The notes beneath the pieces were generated by a model. The model ran no database searches. It saw only the letters and a program-made list of their open reading frames with translations, and had not been told where the DNA came from. This document shows, piece by piece, positions 19,277-31,604 of a DNA stretch of 64,000 nt. Source of the stretch: an uncultured delta proteobacterium (lineage in GTDB: Bacteria; Desulfobacterota; Binatia; Bin18); assembly GCA_963733195.1 (NCBI GenBank), contig CAVTCR010000019.1:32001-96000 (forward strand), read 5' to 3'. Each line of letters starts with the position of its first letter. The first letter of the stretch is position 1. The position numbers and the translations under genes are program-made.

Positions 19277-19762
19277 TCACGACTGTTTCGCCTGATACAC
19301 TTGATCGGCGCGTTTGCCACGATAGACACGCAGTTCGATTGCCCGCCATACTTCCGGGTTGATGCGAAACAGCATCCGCGGTTCGGTGCGCCAGATCGCT
19401 TTGAACTGGTCGATACTTCCAGCACTGGAAACTTTTCCACCACCCAAATACTTCTCAGCTAACAGGTCGTGAATTGGCCAAATATCAAATTTGTCCTGCG
19501 TGAGGGGCTCAGCCTGACCATCGACTTCGGCATGAGCAGGAAACGGGTCCATCGCTTCGATACACAGTGAACAGCGTGGGTCACGTAGCAGTTGCTTACA
19601 CCACACGCGGGTAGTCGTTCCGGTGAGCCAAAAATAGCCATCTTTCCACAGCCAGAATACGGGCACGGTGTACGGTCGCCCATCTTTCCTCAGCGTTGCA
19701 ATCACACCGATATGGGGTTGTTTGAGAAACTCCTCTAACATTTCTCCGCGCATACGGCCCAT
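19277..19762 (-). CDS. Pyridoxamine 5'-phosphate oxidase-like (PPOX class, possibly F420-binding)
   Basis: GVIATLRKDGRPYTVPVFW, LLRDPRCSLCIE. Confidence 0.82.
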   Translation of the reverse strand: MGRMRGEMLEEFLKQPHIGVIATLRKDGRPYTVPVFWLWKDGYFWLTGTTTRVWCKQLLRDPRCSLCIEAMDPFPAHAEVDGQAEPLTQDKFDIWPIHDLLAEKYLGGGKVSSAGSIDQFKAIWRTEPRMLFRINPEVWRAIELRVYRGKRADQVYQAKQS

Positions 19763-19769
19763 ACAGAAC

Positions 19770-19925
19770 TCCAGTAACGAGTAATGAGTATTAAGCGACT
19801 AGACATAACACGCAACATGTAACTCGTGATATATGATGCGGGTGCGTGGTACGTGATACATGAGGCGTGACCATCTTTCTCTCTCCTTACGTTTCACGCT
19901 TCACGCTCCACGTTTTACGTTTCAC
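19770..19925. repeat. Composite heptamer arrays
   Basis: cagtaa cgagtaa tgagta; aacacgc aacatgt; gcgtggt acgtgat; ttacgtt tcacgct tcacgct ccacgtt ttacgtt. Confidence 0.7.
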
Positions 19926-22286
19926 GTTTTTGCCCGCTCAATTGCCTGCAATACACGCTCCGGCGTTATCGGGACCTCATTGATGCGTACCCCAAACGGC
20001 GCCAAGGCATCCGCTACCGCATTGGCAATCGCCGCCGGTGGTGCAATCGCTCCGCCCTCGCCCATACCTTTGATGCCAGTTGGGGTATATGGAGACGGGC
20101 TTTCAATATGACCAATTTCTACCCGTGGAACGTCAACCGCAGTCGGCACGAGATAGTCCATCAAGGTCCCAGTAAGAAACTGTCCGTTCTCGTCGTACAG
20201 CGCTTGCTCATACAAGGCCGTGCCAATGCCTTGCGCCACACCACCTTGAATCTGCCCATCAACTACCATCGGGTTGATAATCGTGCCGCAGTCTTCCACC
20301 ACGATGTAGCGCAGCAACTTCACTTGTCCGGTTTCACTATCGACCTCAACGGTGGCAACATGCGTCGCGTTGGAGTGCGTGGATGGCGGTGGTTCGTAGT
20401 GCGAGGTCGCCTCAAGCCCTGGTTCTTCTCCGACAAACTGCGCATAGAGAATACGCTGGGCAATGTCTTTGATCGGCACTACTGTCGCTCCGTCTTGTTT
20501 TCGTTGCACCATACCGTCAGCCAATTGCAAATCATCAGACGGTACTTCACTGAGCCGAGAAGCAGCCCGCAGCAATTTCTCTCGCACTTTGCGTGAGGCA
20601 AAAATCGTTGCCCCGCCTCCAGTAACAGCACTGCGACTTCCCCATGTCCCCCAACCATACGGTATAGCCATCGTGTCACCTTCAATCACCTTCACATCAG
20701 CCAACGGCACCCCCAGTTCATCCGCCGCTATCTGTGCGAACGTCGTTTCGTGACTTTGGCCATGAGAATGGGTTCCAACCAACACGGTCACCTTGCCGTT
20801 GACATCCATGCGAACAGTGGCGGATTCATAGCCACCTACCGGCGCTCCCATCGCCTGAAACGCTTGAGAACTGGGCGCGGTTCCTTCAATGTAGCAACCG
20901 ACACCTAAGCCAATGTACTTTCCCTGCTCACGCAAGCGTTGTTGTTGCGTACGAAACTCCTCGTGACCAACCATCTCCAACGCCATACGCAGAGCTTCTT
21001 GATGACTGCCACTTTCAACCTCTGCCCCTGTGATCGTGGTATATGGGTGATCAGCCTTGCGGATCATGTTGCGCAGTCGTAACTCCATTCGATCAATCCC
21101 GAGTTTCTGCGCTGCCAGATCCATGAGACGTTCCATCGTAAGCACTGCGATCGGCAAGCCGACACCACGATACGGGCCAATAGTCGTTTTGTTGGTCGCT
21201 ACCGACAACGCCTCGAAACGATAAGCTGGAACCTTGTACGGTCCGGGCATCGCCGAGGCAGCGTGCCCAGCCTCCAAAGCCGAGCCCCACGGATAATCCG
21301 AATAGGCTCCAACATCACTAATATAGCGGCCAGTGATTCCGAGTATCGTCCCGTCCTTTTTGAGCGCGAGTTCACCGTACACAACTTGGTGTTTAGCATG
21401 GAGCGAGGCAGTCAGGTGCTCTCGGCGATCTTCGATCCATTTCACCGGTCGATTTAACCGACGGCTAAGGAATGCGGCCAATACCTCTTCACCAAACAGG
21501 TGGGCTTTGAGGCCAAATCCACCACCCACATCAGGAGCAATCACACGAATGTGGTGTTCAGGAAAATTGATCGCACGCGCGAGGTGAGTACGGACGACAT
21601 GCGGAGTTTGCGTCGAAGACCATACCGTCAGCGAATCCGTAGCAGCTTCAAAACTGGCAGACACAGCCGCGCGTCTCCATCGGCATGGCCATGTGTCGGC
21701 CTGTCACAAAACGTTCGGCTACCACACAATCGGCGGCTTGAAAGGCTTTGCTCACCTCGCCGATCTCGACTTTGATCTCCTGCATGAGGTTGTCACCCCA
21801 CTCGTCATGCACAAGAACCGTCTCAGCGGTCAGCGCTTTCTCGACATCCCACACCGTATCAAGAGGGTCATATTCTACGTCGATCAGATTCGCCGCATCT
21901 TCAGCAACGTAGCGATTGACGGCGACGACCACAGCCACAGGTTCCCCAACAAAACGTACTTTTCCGTGTGCCAGTACCGGCCAATCACATGATTTGTGAC
22001 GTGGGGCTCGTGTCGCATCGTACTCAACTCGTAATGGTGGAATTTCGCTGGCGATGTCCGCACCGCTGAGCACGGCCAGCACTCCTGGGTGTGACTTCGC
22101 TGCACTCACATCGACCTGCGTGATTTTCGCATGCGCATACGGGCTACGCACAAATGCCATCGCCACCGTGCCGGGAAGCTGAACATCGTCCACGTAACGA
22201 CTCTTCCCTAACAGCACCCGTGGGTCTTCAACGCGCCTGACCTCGGCTCCTACCATTTTACCTGTACCAACGAGACTCGTTGCCAT
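19922..22286 (-). CDS. Xanthine dehydrogenase-family molybdopterin subunit (CoxL-like), frameshift near 21655
   Basis: RRVEDPR, VRSPYAHA, METRG, PDVGGGFGLK, PYRGVG, HGQSHET, WGSRS, GQIQGGVAQG, KGMGEGG. Confidence 0.93.
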
Positions 22287-22297
22287 ATGTAGCTCCG

Positions 22298-22372
22298 CAA
22301 TTAAGAATTAAAAATTAAGAGTGAAGAGTTTTTCATTCTTTGCATTCTTCATTCTTCATTTTGCACTCTTCA
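22298..22372. repeat. Heptamer inverted array (AATTAAG)n/(CATTCTT)n overlapping the 3' end of the coxS-like gene
   Basis: aattaag aattaaa aattaag agtgaag ... cattctt cattctt cattttg. Confidence 0.75.
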
Positions 22373-22853
22373 TTGTCTCTGCTGTTGCCATCACCGCCTT
22401 CACAATGTTCGCATACCCCGTACAGCGGCACAGGTTACCCGAAAGACCATGACGCACCTCTTCTTCTGTTGGCTTGGGATTCTTCTGTAACAGGTCATAT
22501 GCACTCATCAAAAAACCGGAAGTGCAGAAACCACACTGGAGCGCATGATTATCCCAGAACGACTGTTGCAGTGGATGCATCTGTCCATCCTTCGCCAATC
22601 CCTCGACAGTCAGCAGCTCTCCACCATCAGCTTGCACGGCAAACAGCAAGCACGAACGTACACTCTCGCCATTGAGGTTCACTGTGCATGCACCGCATAC
22701 GCCATGCTCACAGCCAAGATGAGTAGCGGTCAGTCCAAGATCCTCACGAATAAAGTCAGCGAGCAGTTTTCGTACCTCGACCTCACGCTCGACCTCCTGG
22801 CCGTTGACACGACAGCGGACGACTTGCCGTTCAATGAATTGAGCATGCTCCAT
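22356..22853 (-). CDS. (2Fe-2S)-binding subunit (CoxS-like)
   Basis: GCEHGVCGACTV, RSC, QCGFCTSG, GNLCRCTGY. Confidence 0.95.
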   Translation of the reverse strand: MEHAQFIERQVVRCRVNGQEVEREVEVRKLLADFIREDLGLTATHLGCEHGVCGACTVNLNGESVRSCLLFAVQADGGELLTVEGLAKDGQMHPLQQSFWDNHALQCGFCTSGFLMSAYDLLQKNPKPTEEEVRHGLSGNLCRCTGYANIVKAVMATAETMKSAK

Positions 22854-22884
22854 GTGTCTTCTCCTCATTCAGCGAGACCAACCA

Positions 22885-23035
22885 GGAGAAATGGGGAAAT
22901 GGACAAACGGATAAATGGAAGGGAAAGACGCTTCTTATTATTTTTCCTTTCCTTTTCCCCTTTTCCCCGTTTCTCCATTTATCCCCTCCTCTTTTATCAT
23001 CCCCCTATAGCCTTACGCCTACAGCCTAAAGCCTT
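22885..23035. repeat. Octamer inverted array plus (CCTAYAG)n heptamers
   Basis: ggagaaat ggggaaat ggacaaac ggataaat ... ttttcccc gtttctcc atttatcc; cctatag ccttacg cctacag cctaaag. Confidence 0.75.
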
Positions 23036-23039
23036 TTCC

Positions 23040-23904
23040 CTAAGCTTTTCCCCATGCCTCTTTGAGCGCCCGCACCGTCAATACTCGTACCATCTGCCGA
23101 CGAAACTCAGACGAGCCATGGACATCTGACGGTGGTTCCACAGCCTTCGCTGCAATCTCTGCTGCCGCCTTCAGCGCATCCTCTTCACCACGGCTGCCTT
23201 TGAGGGTTTTTTCGACCTCCCCAATATACAACGGGGTCGAGTGTGCACCTCCAACTGCTAGTGATGCTGCCGTGCAAGCCTTGTTTTGATCAAGTGTCAA
23301 TTGGCACGCAACTGCGGCAAGTGCGAAATCTCCTGGACGGCGACAAAGTTCTTGAAATCCCCACCCAGCCGGAGTCGAAGGCACAGGAAAATGGATCTCA
23401 CACAACAGCTCGTTAGATTGGATCGCTGTTGTCAGTGGCGCAAGAAAGAAATCACGTGCAGCAACCGTCCGCGACCCGTTGTGTGAACGAAGGATAAACT
23501 GAGCATTCAGCGTCACTGCAACCAGCGGCCATTCAGCAGCTGGATCGGCATGGACGAGACTTCCGCCGATCGTCCCACGATTACGAATCGCCAGATGACC
23601 AACCTCAGAAGCCGCACGTGCAAGCAAGGGGTGTGTAGCACGAACCTCGGTAGATACTTCCAAGTTGTCGATGCCGCGTCAGCGCCCCAACACGGAGCAG
23701 TCCGTTTTCACGCTTGATAAACGACAGGTCGTTGAGTCGGTTTACATCGATTAAAGCACTGACTTCGGCCATCCGTAGATTGAGCAACGGCACCAGGCTT
23801 TGGCCACCGGCAAGAATCTTCGTTCCCTCATTGCCTTGTGCTAGGAGAGAAAGCACCTCATCAACTGACTGCGGACATGCATAGGTGAATTTTGCGGGTT
23901 TCAT
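23040..23904 (-). CDS. FAD-binding subunit (CoxM-like), frameshift near 23660
   Basis: MKPAKFTY, LAGGQSLVPLLNLR, IRNRGTIGGSLVHADPAAE, RRPGDFA, SDVHGS..FR. Confidence 0.92.
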
Positions 23905-24077
23905 AGTGCGGTCAGCTATCAGCTTTCACCACCAAGCGCAAACATGGCAAAGCTAACCGTTGGCAACCCTTCCAAGGTATTACACGAAGAAAATTAACCA
24001 GGTCTCTGGTTCTTCGAGATGGTTTGAACCCGATCTTATCAGCTTGATCCTCTGCTTGGACGGAGTATATTTATAGT

Positions 24078-24307
24078 ATGAAAGTCAAGACTTCTATCAC
24101 ACTCTCTGAAGATCTTCTGAAAGCCATTGACCAATTCTCGGGCAATATAAGAACCGCTCTGACTTTATTGAGACAGCGGTGTGGGCATTGATTACGCAAA
24201 TGCTTCGAGATGCACAAAACACCAAAGATCTAACGATTCTTAATCGACGGGCTGACGCTCTCAATCGTGAAGCTGCGGACGTCCTCACTTATCAGGTTGT
24301 GCGATGA
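24078..24307 (+). CDS. Ribbon-helix-helix antitoxin (MazE-like), one-base frameshift; not in ORF track
   Basis: [18 protein letters not shown]...(fs)[11 protein letters not shown]...[15 protein letters not shown]; stop overlaps toxin ATG (ATGA); TTGATC-16-TATATT lies 6 nt upstream (leaderless). Confidence 0.78.
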
Positions 24308-24633
24308 AACGAGGGGAGCTATATCGAGTGGCGAATCCTTCGGCGCGAGATCCGAAAAAATTCCGCGTTTTTGTGATCGTCAGCCGCCAGGTAGTAATCG
24401 AGTCACGGTTTTCCACGGTTATCTGTGCTCCAATTTACTCAGCGTATGATGGCTTATCCACGCAAGTGCCGGTTGGCATTGATGAAGGCTTAAAGCACGA
24501 CAGCAGCATCCACTGCGACGAACTGGTGAGCTTGCTCAAGTCGGTCTTGACCAACTTTGTTGGCACGCTGTCTGGGCAAAAAATCCACGCTTTGAACCAA
24601 GCCCTCGCTCTGGCTTTAGATCTTCCAGAGTAG
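24304..24633 (+). CDS. PemK/MazF-family toxin
   Basis: [38 protein letters not shown]...LNQAL. Confidence 0.9.
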   Translation: MKRGELYRVANPSARDPKKFRVFVIVSRQVVIESRFSTVICAPIYSAYDGLSTQVPVGIDEGLKHDSSIHCDELVSLLKSVLTNFVGTLSGQKIHALNQALALALDLPE

Positions 24634-24656
24634 TTAGTTCCTCGGAAGACAAGAGA

Positions 24657-27600
24657 TCAAGAGGAAAACAGCGCCAGATTCTCAGCTAACTGGTCCAGCA
24701 GTGCCTTCGCCTCTTGCAAGTCCTTGGTGTCAAACCCTTCGGTGAACCAGTTGTAGATCTCTGACAACATCTTGTGAGCTTCGGTTCGCTTGCCTTGCTG
24801 CTGCCAGAGGCGAGCGAGGCTTGTTGTCGCCCGTAGCTCCCAGCGACTTGGCTTGCTGCTTTCGGGCAATCTCGATGGCTTTGAGAAAACACGCTTCGGC
24901 TTCGCTCTTGGGGGTCGGGGTGTCAGAGGTCGGGGGTTGGTAACTGACAACTTGAGAACTGATGACTGCATAACTTTTGTAAGATGAGTTCCCCCTTGAG
25001 GCGGTAGAGCTCGGCTTCGTTCCAGCGTTCCCCATTCTTCTCCACCATGGCCAGCGCTTCAGCGATCACCCTCAGCCCTTCTTCTGCCTGGCCGCCTTGC
25101 GCATAGGCCTGGGCCAACGCGCCCAGAAATAGTGGGACATACATCTCTGCCCCGGTGGCCTGCCAGGCAGCCAAGCCCTGGCGTATCTGGGCAATGCCTT
25201 TTTCGGCTTCGTCCCCGTTCGGCCAACGCCCAGCCTTGCAGGATAGTCCCCATTGCCAACCAGATCGGAAATCCTTGCTCGGCACAGAGGGCAATCGGCT
25301 GCTTCTGCCCGCTCTTGGGCCGCCTGTCCCTCTCGGCGGAGCTGATGGAGCACGAGGGCATAGGCCAGGGCAAGAGCCAAACTATGGGAGTGAGACAACT
25401 CCTGGGCCAGGGTCAATGCCTCGTGGCTGCTCTTGAGAGCCTGGTCCGGATAGCCCAGAGCCCACAGAGCCCTCGCCATATAGCCCCGGCAGGACACTCC
25501 AGGATCATACCCGCCGTAGAGGAGCGCGTGGGAGCGGTGCTGCGCAGGATTGTACAGGGTCAGCCCCTGCTCCAGGTGCTTGCGGGCGGGACAAACTCTC
25601 CTAACGGCACCAAAGTCTGCCATTGGGCACTATGGGCCTCCAGGAGACAGCGCCGAGTCGTGTCCACGCTGAGCGAGGGTGAGCAGCTCGTTGGCGAGTT
25701 CACGCGCGGTTTCTAACTCCCCCCGTATTTGATAAAACTCCCACAGGCCGCGCAGCGCGGGGAACAGCTGAGGGGTTTCTCCCACCTGCCGGCACAGTGC
25801 CCGAGCGCGGGTGTAGGCGGTTCCCACTTCTGGGGCCCCCGCGACTTTGGTGGCCATCAAAGCCGGCCCCAGGGTGAGATGCAGCGTGAGTTCTTGCTGG
25901 GTCCGTGCGGGACTATCAGGCAGGGTCTGGAGCAGCTCTAAGGCTGTGGTGAGGTGGGTGATCGCTTCCGTATTGGCCGACCGCTGCACGGCCTGTTGTC
26001 CAGCCAGATGGAGATAGGTGATGGCCTTCTCGGTGTTGGCGCTGCGGCTGTAGTGATGGGCTAAGTCGCTGTAGTGCTCAGGTCAATGTCGCGGCGTACA
26101 CGGTTTCCAACGCCTGGCCGGTGCGCTCGTGTAACAGCTTGCGCTGCTCTTGCAGCACCGTGCCATAGGCGACTTCCTGCGTCAGCGCGTGCTTGAAGAT
26201 GTACTCCACTTCGGGAAACGCGGGCTGCTCGTAGAGAAACTCTTTGCGCTGGAGGGAGGCAAGGAGGCGATAGAGTTCGTCTTCGGGCTGGGCAATCACC
26301 TGGCGGATCAGACTCACCGGGAACTCGCGACCGATCACCGCGAGCTGTTGCAGCAGGGCTTTCTCTTCCGGGCAGGCGGTCAATGCGGGCGGCCAGCACG
26401 CCTTGCACGGTGGTCGGAATATGCAGATCGCCGTGGGTGGCGCGCACGAGCGCCCTGGAGAACCAGGCCGAAGCCGTGCCCCTACACCGTCGCGCACAAG
26501 CACCCCTTGCTCCACCAACTCCTGGACAATCTCTTCCATGAAGAACGGCGTGCCTTCGGTCTTTTCCAAGATCAAGTGTTTGAGGGCTGTGGAGGGGCGC
26601 ACCGATGTGTGCGTCCGGTCCCTGTGGGCCGACACTCAGGTCGGCCCCTACAGAAAGACCAGGAGCACGTCAAGGAATTCTTCCGCTTCCGCTTTGCCGA
26701 ATGGCGCCAAGCGCAATTGGGTGTAGTACGTCTTCTGCCCCCACTCCTGGCGGTATTCAGGCCGGTAGTTCACCAGCAACAGAATCCGCGCGCTGGCCAC
26801 ACTCTCACTCAGCACATCGAGAAATCCCTGGGTCTCATTGTCGATCCAATGCAGGTCTTCAAAGATCAAGATCAACGGTTGATTGAGACTCTCGCGCAGG
26901 AAGAGTTTCTTGAGCGCCTCAAACGTCCGCCGCCGCCGAATCTGCGGGTCCATCTGTGCAAAGGTCGAGGGCTGGTCTTCAATGCCCAGCAGGCAAACAG
27001 ATACGGCAGAGTATCTTCCAAGCTGCGGTCGAGCGTCGAGGACCTTGCCAGTGATCTTCTCTCGGCGTTTACGTTCATCATCTTGGGCCTGGATGTCGAA
27101 GTAACTTTTCAGCAGTTCAATCACTGGCAGATACGGCGAGGCTTTGCCATGCGAGACTGAGTAGGCTTCTAATCGTAAGAGTAGGGGCGTATTGCGATAC
27201 GCCCCTACAAATTCGTGAAACAACCGCGACTTGCCTAACCCCGGCTCACCCATCACGCCGACGATTTGCCCATGTCCGGCTTTCACTTGCTCAAGGCCCG
27301 CTGTAGCTGGTCCATCTCACTCTGTCGCCCGACGAAGCGGGTGAGCCCCCGTCTGGCCGCCACTTGCAACTTCGTGCGTAATGGTCCTGCCCCCAGCACT
27401 TCGTAGACGTGGAGCGGCTCTTCCACCCCTTTGATCTGCGTCTTGCCTAAATTCTTGAACTCGAAGTAGCCGTCTGTGAGCTTATGGGTGTAGGCGGTCA
27501 CCAGAATCGAGCCGGGCGCGGCGAGTTGTTCCATCCGGGCGGCCAAGTTGGTCGAGTGGCCCACGGGGACATAATCCGCATGCAAGTCATCTTTGCGAAT

Positions 27601-28287
27601 GGAGCGCAGCACCACCTCGCCAGTGTTAATGCCGACGCGCATGAGCAGGGGCGGATAGCCTTTCGCTCGCAGCGTATCGGCATAGCGGCGCATCTCCTCT
27701 TGCATGCGCAGTGCGGCATAGAGCGCGCGCTGGGGATGATCCTCGTGTGCCAGCGGAGCACCAAACAGCGCGAAGATGCCATCGCCGAGCGCTTGGGCGA
27801 CATAGCCGTCATAGCGATGCACCGCATCCATCATCAGCTGGAGCGCCGGGTCAATAATCGCTCGCGCCTCTTCGGGGTCGAGCCCTTCGATCAGGGCGGT
27901 GGAGCCTTTGAGATCAGCAAACAAGGCCGTGATCGTCTTGCGCTCGCCGTCCGTAAGCCCGCGCGCTTCCATCGCCGCTTGCTCGGCACGGATGCGCTCG
28001 GCGAGATGTGGTGGAGTATAGCTGCTTGGGGGTTGGGGATTAGGGGTTGGGGACTGGGTAGGACTCGGAACTCGGGGCTCAGAACTCGGAACTGGCGCGG
28101 CGCCTGTCCAGACCAGCACTTTTCCGTCCTCATCGAGCGCCAGCCGCTTGGCATCGATGAGATCGGCTTTGAGGTCTTCGACGTATTCGTCGTCAATACC
28201 GAACCGGCGCTTCAGCACACGATAGGCGACTCGTCCTTCGTGTTGGAGCAGCTCAGTCACTTGGGCTAGGATTTCATCAAATGTCAT
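24657..28287 (-). CDS. Class III adenylate/guanylate cyclase + AAA (STAND-like) ATPase + TPR protein, paralog 1 (multiple frameshifts)
   Basis: [85 protein letters not shown]. Confidence 0.88.
26433..26485. repeat. GTAG-type REP remnant inside the coding sequence
   Basis: Minus strand GTAGGGGCACGGC...CGTGCGCGCCACCCAC. Confidence 0.65.
26589..26651. repeat. REP doublet (REPIN-like) inside the coding sequence
   Basis: Minus strand GTAGGGGCCGACCTGAGTGTCGGCCC...GGACGCACACATCGGTGCGCCCCTCCAC. Confidence 0.78.
27181..27208. repeat. Perfect REP palindrome read in frame (VGAYRNTPL)
   Basis: GTAGGGGCGTAT-TGCG-ATACGCCCCTAC, 12-bp stem. Confidence 0.85.
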
Positions 28288-28385
28288 CGTCGCCTCCCCA
28301 CTCTGCGCCGTTTCTCACCGGATGTCCTCGCTTTTCATAGCTGCCCTGTTTACAATTCTCAATCTGCGTTAGGGGACAAACCGCT

Positions 28386-29457
28386 ATGACACTCCTCGAT
28401 CACAACGCTCTCGAAGAAATTGCCCTCGGCGCGACCGTGCTTGGCACCGGCGGTGGCGGTGATCCGACCCTCGGCAAACTCATGGCACAGCAGGCCATGG
28501 CAAAGCATGGCCCGGTGCAATTGCTCCCACTCGACGAAGTGCTAGATGACGGCTGGATCATTCCCACAGCAATGATGGGCGCGCCCACTGTTCTGGTCGA
28601 AAAAATTCCCAGCGGTACGGAAGTGCTCGACGCGTACCGTATGCTGGAGCAACGACTGCAATGTCGTGCAATAGCGACTGTCTCAGCCGAGGCTGGTGGC
28701 GTCAACTCGATGATTCCGATAGTTGTCGCAGCAACTCTCAAGGTCCCACTCGTCGATGCCGATGGTATGGGCCGTGCCTTTCCAGAAATTCAAATGGTCA
28801 CCCCTACCCTCCACGGTGTGTCGGCAACCCCAATGGCAATTGCCGATGAAAAAGGGAACCGGGTGTTACTAGAAACCCCGGACAACTTTTGGACTGAGCG
28901 TCTCGCACGAACGACCACCATACAGATGGGCTGCTCTGCCTGTGTTGCACTATATGCAATGCCCGGCAAAGTTGCCAAGAAAGCATTGGTAAAAGGGACG
29001 ATCTCCTTGGCACGAGAGATCGGACGCACGCTCCGGACCGGTCGTGAGCAGAAACGCGATCCCATTGAAGCATTGACGACGCTGATTACAAGGCCGACGC
29101 TTGTGTGAGGGCAAGATTGTTGACGTACGACGACGCACGGAGCGGGGATTCGCTCGTGGAGAAATGGACATCGTTGGCACCGGGCGAGATGCAGGCTCGC
29201 AGTTCAAGATTTCTTTTCAGAACGAAAATCTGGTCTTTTGGCATGATGGTCAACCGAAAGTCACCACACCTGATTTGATCACTGTGGTCGACGACCAAAC
29301 TGGATTGCCTATCACTACCGAAGCCTTGAAATACGGTCTGCGGGTTGTTGTCCTCGGCTTTCCGTGTCATCCGCAATGGCGGACACCACAGGGTTTGAAA
29401 CTGGTGGGGCCACGGTATTTTGGTTATGAGATCGAGTATGCACCTTTAGAGAAATGA
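28386..29457 (+). CDS. DUF917 family protein, frameshift near 29090
   Basis: LGTGGGGDP, MMGAPTVLVEK, EAGGVNS, DADGMGRAFPE, FQNENL, PDLI, TTE.LKYG, VGPRYFG. Confidence 0.9.
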
Positions 29458-29604
29458 TGAACGATTAACGCGGAATGCGGAATGACGAATGGGGAAGGAG
29501 GGCTGACGACTTTAGGATCCTCATGCCTTCCCTTTAGCCTTCAGCCTGTGGCCTATAGCTTTTTTCCGTTACATCATCTCATCAGCTTCAGTATTGAGAG
29601 AAAA

Positions 29605-31177
29605 ATGGACTCTGAGAATTCTCCCAAAAGTTTCCGTCTTGGTATCGACGTCGGTGGCACCAACACTGATGCGGTTATTCTCGATGCTACTGACCAGGTC
29701 ATCGCCAAAATCAAGTCGCCAACAACGCGGATGTCACTACCGGTATAGTCAACGCGTTGCAAGCAGTTCTCGCGGCTTCGCGACTATCACCCCAGACCAT
29801 CGGCTACGCCATGCTGGGCACCACTCATTGTACCAACGCGATTGTGACGCGTCAGGGACTTACCGCTGTCGGTGTCATTCGTCTTGGGTGCTCCCGCAAC
29901 TCGTCTGTGGAACCCTTGCTCACCTGGCCTCAAGATCTGCGACAGATGGTTTGCCCCAAGCATTCATTCTCCGCGGCGGCCATGAATACAATGGTGAACC
30001 TCTTGCTGCCCTTGATCCACAAGAGGTTCAGCAACACACTTCGGCAGATGAAGGGGAAGTCCAGGCTAGTCGCCATCACTGGCGTTTTCTCGCCAGTAAA
30101 TCCAGAACACGAACTACGAGTTCGCGATCTCGTTCACGAAGAGTTAGGTACAGAGATGCCTGTGAGCCTCTCCAGTGAAATCGGTAGCGTCAGCTGCTGG
30201 AGCGAGAGAATGCAACAGTGTCTGAACGCGGCACTGATCGCGGTCGCACGGACAGCAATTGAGAGGTTTTGCCCATGCGATTCACCAACTCAAATTCCCG
30301 CTACCTTTTTCTTAGGACAGAACGATGGGAGCTTGATGTCCGTTGACTATGCTCTCCATTATCCCATCTTCACTATCGCTTCAGGTCCAGCGAACAGCAT
30401 TCGTGGCGCAGCGTATTTAAGCCAAGTGCGCGACGCAATCGTGATCGATATCGGGGGGACGACTACTGACATTGGCATTTTGCAGAAAGGATTTCCTCGT
30501 GAGTCAGCTCTCGCTGTGGAGATTGGTGGCGTACGAACAAATTTCCGCATGCCGGATCTGTTATCCATCGGTTTGGGAGGTGGCAGTCGTGTTCACCAGG
30601 AGGACTGAATTCCGTAGGGCCGGACAGCGTTGGGTACCGCCTGACTGAGGAAGCCCTCGTGTTTGGTGGCCAGCAGATGACCGCGACTGACTTGGCTGTC
30701 GCTGCGGGTCAAGCACAACTGGGCGATCCTGCCCGTGTCAGCATCTCTCCCGATGAGTTTGCGCGAAGCAGGACTTGCCTATATCAGTCGCTGCCTTGCG
30801 GATCAGTATTGATCGCATGAAACTCACTGCTGATCCCGTACCGGTTATTGTCGTTGGTGGTGGAAGTATCCTCTGTCCCGAACAGCTACCCGGTGTGTCA
30901 GAAATCATCCGACCCACCACACCATGATGTCGCCAATGCTATTGGTGTTGCGATAGCCCAGGTCAGTGGAACGATCGACCGGGTCTTTGCGTTAGACAAT
31001 ATGAGCCGTACGCAGGCACTCGACGAAGCCTCGCGTCTCGCAAAGGAACGTGCCTGTAGCGCTGGGGCCGCACCCGAGAGTGTTGAGCTGGTTGACCTGG
31101 AAGAGATTCCCCTTGCCTATTTGCCTGGCAATGCCGTCCGTATCAAGGCGAAAGCCGCAGGAGCATTAAAGTTGTGA
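29605..31177 (+). CDS. Hydantoinase/oxoprolinase family protein (multiple frameshifts)
   Basis: LGIDVGGTNTDA, MLGTTHCTNA, QNDGSLM, SGPANSIRGA, DIGGTTTD, TNFRMPD, VANAIG, EEIPLAYLPG. Confidence 0.88.
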
Positions 31178-31190
31178 GACGCACTGGAAA

Positions 31191-31561
31191 ATGAAAACCG
31201 ACTCGCTCTTCTACCGCCGCTGAGTCGGGAGGAGATCCAAGCCATGCTCGAATTGACAGATACCGATTTGAAGCAGACGCGGTTTTATCAAGACGTGTTT
31301 ACAGAAGGCGAAAGAACTGGGCGGCAAGAAGGGCGGCAAGAAGAAGGGCGGCAAGAAGGGCGGCAAGAAGGGCGGCAAGAAGAAGGCGTCACGCTAATCC
31401 TCCGCCAACTCCAACGCCGGTGTGGCGAGCTAGCAGCGCCGATGCAGGAACAGATTGCCCGTTTGCGTTTGCCGCAACTGGAAGCCTTAGGAGAGGCGTT
31501 ACTGGACTTCCGTGGGCCAGCAGATCTGGAGCAGTGGTTGGCGAGCCATGGGCGAGAGTAA
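31191..31561 (+). pseudogene. Internally deleted Rpn/DUF2887-DUF4351 gene; intact C-terminal ORF 31244-31561
   Basis: MKTDSLFYR joined directly to PLSREEIQAML; DLKQTRFYQD, (GRQE)n, LILRQL.RRCG, LEALGEALLDF..ADL..WL. Confidence 0.82.
31319..31386 (+). repeat. 12-bp tandem repeat GGGCGGCAAGAA x5 (GRQE)
   Basis: Direct inspection. Confidence 0.9.
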
Positions 31562-31604
31562 AGCAGAGCCCCTCGCCACACAACTTCACCCATGCCTCAA
31601 TCAC

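Noticed and set aside
19922-23904. Aerobic CO dehydrogenase
   Set aside because: The active-site loop is PYRGVG, not AYxCSFR (form I) or AYRGAGR (form II), so this is a Mo-hydroxylase of unknown substrate.
31319-31386. CRISPR-like repeat
   Set aside because: It is a 12-bp coding tandem repeat without spacers; no CRISPR array or cas gene was seen in the window.
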